A stretch of DNA of 64,000 nucleotides, taken from contig NC_091999.1 in the NCBI RefSeq assembly GCF_044704955.1, positions 9,796,001 through 9,860,000 on the forward strand, written 5' to 3'. Positions within the stretch are counted from its first letter, which is position 1. Each line of letters starts with the position of its first letter. A program made the position numbers and the translations under genes. The stretch is from Pristiophorus japonicus. Lineage: Eukaryota. A model generated the notes under the pieces. The model was not told where the DNA came from. It did not search any database and was given only the letters and a program-made list of their open reading frames with translations. Shown one piece after another: positions 1 to 12,082 of the stretch.

Positions 1-183
1 TTGTATATTTTAATTATATATTATTGTTAATAAACGTAAATACGTGTGAGAATTAAACGTACAAGATATCACTCAACGCCAACTCAGAAACGGCCTGATC
101 ACAATGTCCGTATGATGCACTGATTGGTTGATCGATACTCTGTCAGCTTATGTTCCGGTCGAACCCAGTTCCATGTCTCCGTC

Positions 184-2933
184 CGGCTCAGTGTACAGCA
201 ATGCATCGCGGCGTCTGTCACAAGTGTTTCAGACATATTCTGCGGGAGAGTTCAGCTCGAATCATTGAGCTTCGCTGAAAAACCGTCCCCTGGAAAACTC
301 CCTCCCTCTCGCTGCATCTGCTTCTTTTCAGCAGATGCTCAATGAAGGCGTTGGAATACTGACGGTACCTGTATAGGTGAACAGTATCTCCAATTGTCGC
401 TGCATAATTACAGTGCAGCTTAACATCGTCTCCTTCACTTACTGTGGTAACAGCCGGTGTCCGTGAAATGGAATCTCCTCGACAATGCCCATAAGAACAT
501 AAGAACATAAGAATTAGGAACAGGAGCAGGCCATCTAACCCCTCGAGCCTGCTCCACTATTCAATAAATCATGGCTGATCTGGTCGTGGGCCCAGCTCCA
601 CTTACCCGCCCTCTCTCTGTAACCCTTATTTATCTTATTGGTTAAAAATCTATCTATCTTTGACTTGAAATCATTCAATGAGCTAGCCTCAACTGCTTCC
701 TTGGGCAGAGAATTCCACAGATTCACAACCCTCTGGGAGAAGAAATTCTTTCTCAACTCGGTTTTAAATTGGCTCCTCTGTATTTTGAGGCTGTGCCCCC
801 TAGTTCTAGTCTCCCCTACCAATGGAAACAACCTCTCTGCCTTTATCTTGTCTATCACTTTCATGATTTTAAATGTTTCTATAAGATCACCCCTCATCCT
901 TCTGAACTCCAACGAGTAAAGACCCAGTCTACTCAATCTATCATCATAAGGTAACCCCCTCATCTCCGGAATCAGCCTAGTGAATCGTCTCTGTACCCCT
1001 TCCAAAGCCAGTATATCCTTCCTTAAGTAAGGTGACCAAAACTGCACGCAGTACTCCAGGTGCAGCCTCACCAATATCCTGTACAGTTGCAGCAAGATCT
1101 CCCTGCTTTTGTACTCCATCCCTCTCGCAATGAAGGCCAACATTCCATTCGCCTTCCTGATTACCTGCTGCACCTGCAAACTAACCTTTTGGGATTCATG
1201 CACAAGGACCCCCAGGTCCCTCTGCACCACAGCATGTTGTAATTTCTCCCCATTCAAATAATATTCCCTTTTACTGTTTTTTTTCCCAAGGTGGATGACC
1301 TCACACTTTCCGACATTGTACTCCATCTGCCAAATCGTAGCCCATTCGCTTAACCTATCCAAATCTCCTTGCAGCCTCTCTGAGTCCTCGACACAACCCG
1401 CTTTCCCACTAATCTTAGTGTCATCTGCAAATTTTGTTGCACTACACTCTGTCCTCTTCTAGGTCATCTATGTATATTGTAAACAGTTGTGGTCCCAGCA
1501 CTGATCCCTGTGGCACACCACTAACCACTGATTTCCAACCGGCAAAGGACTCATTTATCCCGACTCTCTGCTTTCTGTTCGCCAGCCAATTCTCTATCCA
1601 TGCTAATACATTTCCTCTGACTCAGTGTACCTTTATCTTCTGCAGTAACCTTTTGTGTGGCACATGATCGAATGCCTGTTGGAAATCTAAATACACCACA
1701 TCCATCGGTACACCTCTATCCACCATGCTCGTTATATCCTCAAAGAATTCCAGTAAGTTAGTTAAACATGATTTCCCCTTCATGAATCCATGCTGCGTCT
1801 GCTTGATTGCACTATTCCTATCTAGATGTCCCGCAATTTCTTCCTTAATGATAGTTTCAAACAGTTTCCCCACGACAGATGTTAAACTAGCCGGCCTATA
1901 GTTACCTGCCTTTTGCCTGCCCCCTTTTTTAAACAGAGGCGTTACATTAGCTGCTTTCCAATCCGCTGGTACCTCCCCAGAGTCCAGAGAATTTTGGTAG
2001 ATTATAACGAATGCATCTGCTATAACTTCGGCCATCTCTTTTAATACCCTGGGATGCATTTCATCAGGACCAGGGGACTTGTCTACCTTCAGTCCCATTA
2101 GCCTGTCCAGCACTACCCCGCTAGTGATAGTGATTGTCTCAAGGTCCTCCCTTCCCACATTCATGTGGCCAGCAAATTTTGGCATGGTTTTTGTGTCTTC
2201 CACTGTGAAGACCGAAGCAAAATAATTGTTTAAGGTCTCAGCCATTTCCACATTTCCCATAAATAAATCCCCCTTTTCATCTTCTAAGGGACCAACATTT
2301 ACTTTAGTCACTCTTTTCCGTTTTATATATCTGTAAAAGCTTTTACATATCTGTAAAAGCTTTTACTATCTGTTTTTATGTTTTGCGCAAGTTTACCTTC
2401 GTAATCTATCTTCCCTTTCTTTATTGCTTTTTTAGTCATTCTTTGCTGTTGCTTAAAATTTTCCCAATCCTCTAGTTTCCCACTAACCTTGGCCACCTTA
2501 TACTCATTGGTCTTTGATTTGATACTTTCCTTTATTTCCTTGGTTATCCACGGCTGGTAATCCCTTCTCTTGCCGCCCTTCTTTTTCACTGGAATATATT
2601 TTTGTTGCGCACTATGAAAGAGCTACTTAAAAGTCCTCCACTTTTCCTCAATTGTGCCACCGTTTAGTCTGAGTTTCCAGTCTATTTTGGCCAACTCTGC
2701 CCTCATCCCACTGTGGTCCCCTTTGTTTAAGCATAGTACGCTCGTTTCTAATACAAATTCCTCATCCTCTGTCTGTATTACAAATCCAACCATATTGTTA
2801 TCACTCATTCCGAGAGGATCTTTTACTAGCCCAGCAAGAGTACAGAGCAGTATTAAACTAAACAATGTCACTTCACTGTGTCTTCCCCCAAAATCAGACA
2901 GACGTGCTCAATAATTACTTGAGAGAAATACAT
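184..2933 (-). pseudogene. TCR V pseudogene, family A copy 0, split by a CR1 insertion (V exon ~184-489; intron and leader remnant 2833-2933)
   Basis: GDSISRTPAVTTVSEGDDVKLHCNY..HLYRYRQ is V FR1-FR2 with Trp41->Arg and a frameshift after SER. Heptamer decayed to GACGGAG (177-183). Sequence resumes at 2829, colinear with the uninterrupted paralog at ~42970-43110. Confidence 0.85.
491..2828 (-). mobile_element. 5'-truncated CR1 LINE (ORF2 RT fragments) inserted in the V pseudogene
   Basis: ORFs 535-1362, 1622-2311 and 2323-2589 carry CR1 ORF2 motifs (KSPGPD, QHGF.KGKSCLTNLLEFFE, VYLDF..AFD, LEYCVQFWSP, RMRGDLIE). 3' tail (ATAAGAAC)n at ~491-513. GCCC flanks both ends (487-490, 2829-2832). Confidence 0.95.
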
Positions 2934-3729
2934 TTCCCCGGAGCTCTGGGGCTGCAAGAGGAAGGTGTTCCAATCGGCGCAATAAAACGTCTTTTAATTA
3001 ACTATCAGCAAGGATAGCGATAGACTTGAGGAATTTATTTTCACCACAGTTCTGCCGAAATATTCAACTATTTTTCTCTTCATGTGCTCTCTCCCATTGG
3101 ATTGTATGTTTCCAACACCATTGCTATCAAGTTCGGAAACTTGGGTTTATCTTTAGAATAAACCGAAATAATTTATCAGAAGATTTCTCGATCGCTTTGC
3201 TTCGGTGACTTAGACTTTTGGCTAAATTATCGCTGTGATTATCTACGTAAACAATCAATCAGCTCACAGCTCTTTTGTTCTCCAATTCCTGACGTCAGAG
3301 AGCGGAGCGGGGAAAGGAGCGAAATTGTTCCCTCACAGCAGAGAATTGGATGGGAGTTCAACCCGATGTTGTTCCTAGAACTGGGTCAGTCTGTGAGGTG
3401 GGGCGAGTGAAGCTATATAGCTAATGTTGCTGTGGAATGGGTGCCTGAGGCTCCCATTGCAAGAGCTGCTGAGAGACCAATAGAACTTTCCACAGCGGGA
3501 ATAAAGTGACATATTAATACAAGCAGGCCGTGAGGAATTTGAGCAAAATGACACAGTAAATTAGGCAAAATCCGCCACCTATTATATGAATGAAATGGGG
3601 TGTGATTGACTCTTTGATTGTGATGGGACGGCGTGAGCAGCGAGTGGGCTCAGTGGTACAGGGACGTGCTGCCCATTGCAAATATGTGCAAAATATTGTC
3701 GTTAGCAACAACCATAATTCACAATACCG

Positions 3730-4328
3730 GTTTTTTTGTCGTTCCTCGATGTGTGCATCACCGGCGAGGTCAGTATTAATTGGCCATGTATAATTTCCCT
3801 TGAGGAAGTGGTGTAGAGCCGCCTTATTGAACCAGTGTTGAAGGTCCACCCGCAGTGCTAGGATATTGACCCAGCAACGACGATTTCGAATGGTGACGAG
3901 TTTCTTGAACTTTGTTGAAGATGCACTCATCCAGGCAGTATACCTCGCCTCTGAACCACTCTTGTTGCCTCAGTATGTATGCGGCTCGTCTAGTTAAGTT
4001 TCTGGTCAAAGGTGAACCCAGGAAGTTGACGGCAGAGGAATGGGTGATGTCAGTGCCACTGAATGTCAAGGCGGATACGATTAAACTCTCGCTTTTTGGA
4101 TATAGTCGTTGCCTGGCACTTGTGTGGCATGAACATTACTTGCCGCTTATCAGACCAAGCTCGAATGTCGTATAGCTACTGCTGCATACATGCATGGAGT
4201 GCTTCATTTCCGAGGAGTTGCGAATGGAACTGAACACTTTGCAATCATTAGCGAACATCCCCACTTCTAACCTCATGATGGCGTGAAGTTCATTGATGAA
4301 GCAGGTGCGGGTGGCTTGGACTATGCTC
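3730..4328 (-). mobile_element. Decayed non-LTR retrotransposon fragment of a second family (CR1/L2-group)
   Basis: Homologous to 45880-46565 and 61345-62030; the last translates to GPTICSCFIIELP..GMFAYDC (degenerate RT motifs). Confidence 0.7.
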
Positions 4329-5514
4329 TATAGAATCATAGAATAATCAAATCATAGAATGGTTGTAGCATGGAAGAAGGCCATTCGGCCCGTACAACTC
4401 GTGACAACTCTCAGCGTGTACCTCACCCCTGCCCTTCGAACGTAGCCCTGAAAATTATTTCCCTTCAGAGACTTATTCAACTCCGTTTTGAAAGATAAAA
4501 TTGAGTCTGCTTCCATTAGTCTTTCAGGCTGTGCATCCCAGATCATAACCGCTCGTGGAGTAAAATAAGTTTTTTCCTATATTGCCTTTGGTTCTGACGT
4601 CAATCGCATTTAATCTGACTCCTCTGGTTTTCGGAACTTCTGTCAATAGGAACACTATATTTCTATCTACCCTGTCCAGAACGCTCATGATTTTGAACCC
4701 CTCCATCAAATCTCTATCAATCATCGCTGCTCCAAGCAGAACAATCTCAGCTTCTCCAAACTATCAACGTGAATGAAGTCACCTCAAATTGATACCAAAG
4801 TCTAAATAATTATTATATATTAAGAAAAGTAGTGAGGATAGTACCGTGCCCTCGCGAACATTGCGGTACACCTTTCTCTAATCCAAAAAGCAACTGTTCA
4901 ATACTACACAGGTTCCTGTCACTTCGCCAATTTCGAATCCCAGCTGCCACTCGTCCCTTTTATTCCACGAGCTTCACCATTGCTGCCATTTATCGAGAGC
5001 CTTTTGGAAATTCATGTACCCTACCTCAATTGCATTGCTGTCATCAACTCCCTCCATTACCTCATCAAAAACTCGATCAAGTTGGTTAAAGTCGATTTGC
5101 CTTGAACAAGGCTCATCTGGATTTCCTTAATTATTCCAACCCTATTCAAGTGCCTGTCAATTTTTTCCCTGACTACTGTTTCAAAAAGCATCCCCACTAC
5201 CGAGGTTAAACTGACTGGCCAAAAATTGCTGGGTTTCTTTTTACTCCCTTTTTTGAACAATGTGGTAACGTTTTATAATTCTCCAATCTTCTGGCACCAC
5301 CCCCGTGTCAATTTCGAATTGGAGTTTTATGGCCAGTACCTCAGCGATTTCTGCCCATAATTCCCTCAGCTTATTAGGATGCATACCATCTGCTCCTGGT
5401 GATACATCTACTTTAAGTACCGCCAGTCTTTCTAATAGCTGTTCTTTGTCAATTTTGATCTGATCAAGTGTCTCGCGACCTGCTCCTTCACTATATCTAT
5501 GGCAGCATCCTACC
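4329..5514 (-). mobile_element. Old decayed CR1 LINE (3' part), interrupted by a younger CR1; resumes at ~9705-9842
   Basis: ATAGAATC-type tail at 4329-4360. Degenerate ORF2 peptides (SPGADGMHP, FKKGSKKKPSNFWPVSLTSVVG). Continuation after the nested element matches paralogs at ~48120-48260 and ~63690-63835. Confidence 0.85.
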
Positions 5515-5607
5515 AACATAGAAACATAGAAAATAGTGCAGGAGTAGGCCATTCTGCCCTTCTAGCCTGCACCGCCATTCAATGAGTTCATGGCTGAACA
5601 TGGAAAT

Positions 5608-8420
5608 TCAGTACCCCCTTCCTGCTTTCTCGCCATACCCCTTGATCACTCTAGTAGTAAGGACTTCATCAAACTCCCTTTTGAATATATTTAGTGAATT
5701 AGCCTCAACTACGTTCTGTGGTAGGGAATTGCACAGGTTCACCACTCTCTGGGTGAAGAAGTTTCTCCTCATCTCGGTCCTAAATGGCTTACCCCTTATC
5801 ATTAGACTGTGACCGCTGGTTCTGGACTTCCCCAACATTGGGAACATTATTCCTGCATCCAACCTGTCTAAACCCGTCAGAATTTTAAACGTTTCTATGA
5901 GGTCCCCTCTCATTATTCTGAACTCCAGTGAATACAAGCCCAGTTGATCCAGTCTTTCTTGATAGGTCAGTCCCACCATCCCGGGAATAAGTCTGGTGAA
6001 CCTTCGGTGCACTCCCTCAATAGCAAGAATGTCCTTCCTCAAGTTAGGAGACCAAAACTGTACACAATACTCCAGGTGTGGCTTCACCAAGGCTCTGTAC
6101 AACTGTAGCAACACGTCCCTGCCCCTGTACTCAAATCCCCTCGCTATGAAGGCCAACATGCCATTTGCTTTCTTAACCGCCTGCTGTACCTGCATGCCAA
6201 CCTTCAATGACTGATGTACCATGACACCCAGGTCTCGTTGCACCTCTCCTTTTCCTAATCTGTCACCATTCAGATAATAGTCTGTCTCTCTGTTTTTACC
6301 ACCAAAGTGGATAACTTCACATTTATCCACATTATACTTCATCTGCCATGCATTTGCCCACTCACCTAACCTATCCAAGTCACTCTGCAGCCACATAGCA
6401 TCCTCCTTGCAGCTCACACTGCCACGCAACTTAGTGTCATCCGCAAATTTGGAGATACTACATTTAATCCCCTCGTCTAAATCGTTAATGTACAGTGTAA
6501 ACAGCTGAGGCCCCAGCAGAGAACCTTGCGGTACCCCACTAGTCACTGCCTGCCATTCTGAAAAGTACCCATTTACTCCTACTCTTTGCTTCATGTCTGA
6601 CAACCAGTTCTCAATCCATATCAGCACACTACCCCCAATCGCATGTGCTTTAACTTTGCACATTCATCTCTTGTGTGGGACCTTGTCGAAAGCCTTCTGA
6701 ATGTCAAAATATACCACATCAACTGGTTCTCCGTTGTCCACTCTACTGGAAACATCCTCAAAAAATTCCAGAAGATTTGTCAAGCATGATTTCCCTTTCA
6801 CAAATCCATGCTGACTTGGACCAATCATGTCACCTCTTTCCAAATGCGCTGCTATGACATCCTTAATAATTGATTCCATCATTTTACGCACTACTGAGGT
6901 CAGGCTGACTGGTCTATAATTCCATGTTTTCTCTATCCCTCCTTTTTTAAAAAGTGCGGTTACATTGGCTACCCTCCACTCGATAGGAACTGATCCAGAG
7001 TCAATGGAATGTTGGAAAATGACTGTCAATGCATCCTCTATTTCCAAGGTCACCTCCTGAAGTACTCTGGGATGCAGTCCATCAGGCCCTGGGGATTTAT
7101 CGGCCTTCAATCCCATCAATTTCCCCAACACAAGTTCCCGACTAATAAGGATTTCCCTCAGTTCCTCCTCCTAACTAGACCCTCTGACACCTTTTATATC
7201 CGGAAGGTTGTTTGTGTCCTCCTTAGTGAATACCGAACCAAAGTACTTGTTCAATTGGTCTGCCATTTCTTTGTTCCCCGTTATGACTTCCCCTGATTCT
7301 GACTGCAGGGGGCCTATGCTTGTCTTTACTAATCTTTTTCTCTTTACATATCGATAGAAACTTTTGCAATCCGTCTTAATGTTCCCTGCAAGCTTCTTCT
7401 TGTACTCCATTTTCCGTGCCCTAATCAAACCATTTGTGCTCCTCTGCTGAGTTCTAAATTTCTCCCAGTCCCCGGGTTCGCTGCTATTTCTGGCCAATTT
7501 GTATGCCACTTCCTTGGCTTTAATACTATCCCTGATTTTCCTTGATAGCCACGGTTGAGGCACCTTCCCTTTTTTATTTTTACGCCAGACAGGAATGTAC
7601 AATTGTTGTAGTTCATCCATGCGGTCTCTACATGTCTGCCATTGCCCATCCACAGTCAACCCCTTAAGTATTCGCCAATCTATCCTAGCTAATTCACGCT
7701 TCATACCTGCAAAGTTAGCATTCTTTAAGTTCTGGACCATGGTCTCTGAATTAACTGTTCCATTCTCCATCCTAATGCAGAATTCCACCATATTATGGTC
7801 ACTCTTCCCCAAGGGGCCTCGGCCAACGAGATTGCTAATTAATCCTCTCTCATTACACAACACCGAATCTAAGATGGCCTCCCCCTAGTTGGTTCCTCGA
7901 CATATTGATCTAGAAAACCATCCATTATGCACTCCAGGAAATCCTCCTCCACCGTATTGCTTCCAGTTTGGCTAGCCCAATCTATGTGCATATTAAAGTC
8001 ACCCATTACAACTGCTGCACCTTTAGTGCATGCACCCCTAATTTCCTGTTTGATGCCCTCCCCAACATCACTATACTGTTAGGAGGTCTGTACACAACTC
8101 CCATTAGCGTTTTTTGCCCTTTGGTGTTCTGCAGCTCTACCCATATAGATTCCACATCATCCAAGCTAATGTCCTTCCTAACTATTGCATTAATCTCCTC
8201 TTTAACCAGCAATGTTACCCACGTCCTTTTCCTTTTATTCTATCCTTCCTGAATGTTGAATACCCCTTGATGTTGAGTTCCCAACCCTGATCATCCTGGA
8301 GCCATGTCTCCGTAATTCCGCTCACATCATATTTGTTAACATCTATTTGCACAGTTAATTCATCCACCTTATTACGGATATTCCTTGCATTAAGACACAA
8401 AGCTTTCAGGCTTGTTTTTT
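5608..8420 (-). pseudogene. CR1 ORF2 (APE endonuclease + reverse transcriptase), fragmented
   Basis: Colinear ORF pieces 8215-8499, 8006-8212, 7171-7863, 6664-7131, 5608-6663. Confidence 0.9.
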
Positions 8421-8586
8421 TTAACACCCTTCGTCCTTTTAGAATTTTGCTGTACAGTGGCCCTTTTTGTTCTTTGCCTTGGGTTTCTCTGCGCTCCACT
8501 TTTCCTCATCTCCTTTCTGTCTTTTGCTTTTGTCTCCTTTTTGTTTCCCTCTGTCTCCCTGCGTTGGTTCCCATCCCCCTTCCATA

Positions 8587-9531
8587 TTAGTTTAACTCCT
8601 CCCCAACAGCACGAGCAAACACCCCCCCCTAGGACATTGGTTCCAGTCCTGCCCAGGTACAGACCGTCCGGTTTGTACTGGTCCCACCTCCCCCAGAACC
8701 GGTTCCAATGCCCCAGGAATTTGAATACCTCCCTGCTGCACCACTGCTCAAGCCACGTATTCATCTGCGCTATCCTGCGATTCCTACTCTGACTAGCACA
8801 TGGCACTGGTAGCAATCTCGAGATTACTACTTTTGAGGTCCAACTTTTTAATTTAGCTCCTAGCTCCTTAAATTCGTTTTGTAGGACCTCATCCCTTTTT
8901 TTACTTATATCGTTGGTACCAATGTGCACCACGACAACTGGCTGTTCTCCCTCCATTTTTAGAATGTCCTGCACCCGCTCCGAGACATCCTTGACCCTTG
9001 CACCAGGGAGGCAACATACCATCCTGGAGTCTCGGTTGCGGCAGAAACGCCTATCTATTCCCCTCACAATTGAATCCCCTATCACTATCGCTCTCCCACT
9101 GTTTGTCCTGCCCTCCTGTGCAACAGAGCCAGCCACGGTGCCATGAACTTGGCTGCTGCTGCCCTCCCCTGATGAGTCATCCCCCTCAACAGTACTCAAA
9201 ACGGTGTATTTGTTTTGCAGGGGATGATTGCAGGGGACCACTGCACTTCCTTCCTTGCACTGCTCTTCCTGCTGGTCTTCCATTCCCTATCTGGCTGTGG
9301 ACCCCTCACCTGCGATAAGACCAACTTGCTACACGTGCTACTCACGTCATTCTCAACATCGTGGATGCTCCAGAGTGAATCCACTCTCAGCTCCAACTCC
9401 GCAACGCGGTCCATCAGGAGCTGGAGCCGGATACACCTCCGGCAGATGTAGTCGTCAGGGACACTGGTGTCGTCCCTGAGTTCCCACATGGTACAGGAGG
9501 AGCATATCACGTGACCGAACTCTCCTGCCAT
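8587..9531 (-). pseudogene. CR1 ORF1 (N-terminal CxxC..CxxC finger and coiled coil + SGNH/GDSL esterase-like domain), frameshifted
   Basis: CSSCTMW..CRRC..LMDRVAELELRV (9196-9531); IVIGDSIVRG, CLPGARVKDV, VVVHIGTND (8390-9283); natural end FARAVGEELN* in a shifted frame at 8587. Confidence 0.85.
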
Positions 9532-11469
9532 AACTTAACCCTTAGATACACTTAAATTGACAACAACAATGTTAAAAGTTACTGACTGATACAAAAAAGA
9601 AAAAAAAAAGCTACTCACCAATCACCAGCCAATCACTTACCCCCTTGGCTGTGACGTCAACTTTTGACTTCTTTTTACTTCTTTCTTGCTTTCTCTTCCA
9701 GCTCCCATTCCTTGGCGAAAACAGGTGCAAAGTACTTATGTACAACCTCGGCCATACGCTCTGGCACCATGCTTCAGTCTCCTTTTTGGTCTCTAACCGA
9801 CCTCACCCCTTCCCCTACAAACCTTTAATTATTTATATGCAAGGATGATTAGTGAAACTGAGTGAAATCAACTGAACGTGTTTATCTATATTCAAACACA
9901 TACGTTGACACGTCGAGATAATATTTCACCGTCAGCAGATTACTTTGCTGTCAATTTCTCAGAGTTGAACATGACAACTTTCGTCATATATCTCCTGAAG
10001 CCGTTAGATTATCATTTTACTGAATCTACCAGGAATCACCATTCCACTCTGCTCAACTGAGCACATGGGAAGGATCGTTATTTCCTTGGGAGATAATCCT
10101 CACCCGGGTTTCTGTCCTCTTCCCCAATGTCTCTCTCTCTCCTGAATCTCTCTCTCTAGCCTCCAGTCGCTTTTTCTCTCCATTCCCATCTCCCTCTGTT
10201 TTCTGTAAGTCTCTCTCTCTCTATCCACCGTCTCTCTCTCTCCCCTAATCTCTCACTCTCTCCCCTGTCTCTCTCTCTCTTTCACTGCCTCCCCATCTCT
10301 CTCTATCCCCCAGTCTTTCTCTCTCCCAACACTTTCTCTCCCCCAGAGTCTCTCTCGCCTCAGTCTCTCTCTCTCGCGAGTACCTCTCTCTTTCCCTCCA
10401 CGTCTATCATTTTATCCGTTCCCCTAATCTGTCTGTCTCTGTCGCTCCCAGTCTGCATCATTCTTTCTCTCCCAGTTTCTCAATAGCTCCGAATTTTTCT
10501 CTCCGACAGTCGGCCGCAAAAATATTCACGTAGATAACCACAGCGATAATTTAGCCAAAAGTCTAAGTCAGCGCAGCAACTTGATCGACAGCAGCACCGG
10601 CCTCCTTCTCTGTCGTAATTTGCTCTGATTCTATGAAGCGTGCGAGGGAGAGAATGTGGTGAGCGAGAACTTCCAAAACAAGAACAATAGCGGGGATGGG
10701 GGCAGGGGGGTTGGCCTTTCTGAATTTCATGAATTCCAATACAGATACAAACAGGTTTTAAAGGTTGATGGATTTGCAGAATTCAGGAAAAGCATCAGAC
10801 CACGTCCCATGCGAGCAGCGAGAAATTCGTGACCACAGCGCCCTCTGACGGATATTATGAGAACACTTACCATTTTCGGGTACCGGATGAATGGTTACTT
10901 CAGTAAATGTATCGATGGGACAGTTTCCAGTGCCCATTGGTGGGGAGATGTAGCGGTGATGCTGATGAAATAATGTCGAGCGTTGCAAATGAACACTGAC
11001 AGGGGCATCAACATTAATCAGATTAATTGGAACAAAGAAATTCATAGAGTCCGCTCGCAGATTTGACCCATTCTGATCTGCACAATAAACAACAAACCAC
11101 AATGTGTATTCACAACAACGGGCTTTCATTTCCTTTCAGGTCAACAGAGGCCGGCTGGCCTGACCTTTGTACATCGACTGCAGGCAGTCAACGTGTATTG
11201 TTCTCCTGCTTTCCCCGGTGTCCAGTGAGTCCTTTCTCTGTGTCTCTGCATTGGAGGATACTTGATGTAATCTGCCCGCCACCCCCTGCCACTCCGCCCC
11301 GCTCAGCAAGAACATTAATCGAGGCACAGACAAGCAGTTGCCCATCTGTCTGTCAGTCATCAGCCTTGTTACCTCTATAAAGCCCTCTTCCTCATCTATC
11401 TGCATGGATATGTATCAGAATGAAGCGTTTAGGGTCGAATCTTCCTGTATCAGGAGTCTGCGTGCACCA

Positions 11470-11893
11470 GGAGTCAGCCATGGCTGAGTGGGAAGCACTC
11501 TCGCCTTTGAATCCAAAGGGTGTGAATTCATCTCACACTCCAGAGTCTTGAGCGTAAAATCTAGCCCCAAATTAGAAGAATACCGAGGGAGTGATGAACT
11601 TTCAGGGGTGCCATCTTTAGGATGAGACGTGAAACCGAGGCGCTGTTTGCCTTCTCAGGAGGACAGAAAATATGTCCGCGGTGCGCTGGTGAATATTTAT
11701 CCCTCAATCAACATCATTAACTCGTATTAACTGGTCATTATGACGTCACTGTTTGCGGGACCCTGATGGGTGCAAACTGGCTGCAACGTTAACTACATTA
11801 CACCAGTGAATATACTTCAAATACTTCACTGTCCATTAGTCACTGAGGGATGTCATGAAAGATCCTCCATCAGTAATATTTATTTTTCTTTCC
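11470..11893 (+). mobile_element. tRNA-derived SINE, SacSINE1/DeuSINE-like
   Basis: tRNA-like head GGAGTCAGCCATGGCTGAGTGG..CACTCTCGCC; Deu-domain-like GGATGAGACGTGAAACCGAGG and TATTTATCCCTCAA; TTTCTTT tail. Family recognised from memory of the consensus. Confidence 0.8.
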
Positions 11894-12043
11894 TCGTTTG
11901 AATATTGTTATTATATACTTATTAGTAATAAACGTAAATACGTGTGAGAATTAAAAATACAAGATATCACTCGAGACCAACTCAGATGCGCCCCTGATCG
12001 CACTGTCTACATGATGCGCTGAAATGCTGAAAGACAGTCTGAC

Positions 12044-12082
12044 AATTTTTTTACCGATTGAGCCCCACTTTGTATCTCTGTG
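12044..12082 (-). other. 23-RSS of family A copy 1 (CACAGAG-23-AAAAAAATT)
   Basis: Variant heptamer 12076-12082, spacer 12053-12075, nonamer 12044-12052. Confidence 0.75.

Larger units (their letters stand above)
5515..9700 (-). mobile_element. Near-full-length CR1 LINE (5'UTR, ORF1, ORF2), inactivated by stops and frameshifts
   Basis: CATAGAAA tail at ~5515-5535. ORF2 endonuclease (ALCLNARNIRNK, GITETWL, VVYRPP, LGKSDHNMV) and RT (GVPQGSLLGP, KFADD). ORF1 zinc finger plus esterase. 5'UTR to ~9700. Confidence 0.95.

Noticed and set aside
11136-11405. Minus-strand ORF MGNCLS... recurring in several units as a small protein or V relic
   Set aside because: Frame differs between copies and it lacks Cys/Trp spacing. 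Recurrence is explained by duplication, and the + strand reading is better supported.
11470-11545. tRNA gene
   Set aside because: Degenerate tRNA-derived head of a SINE, contiguous with the SINE body.
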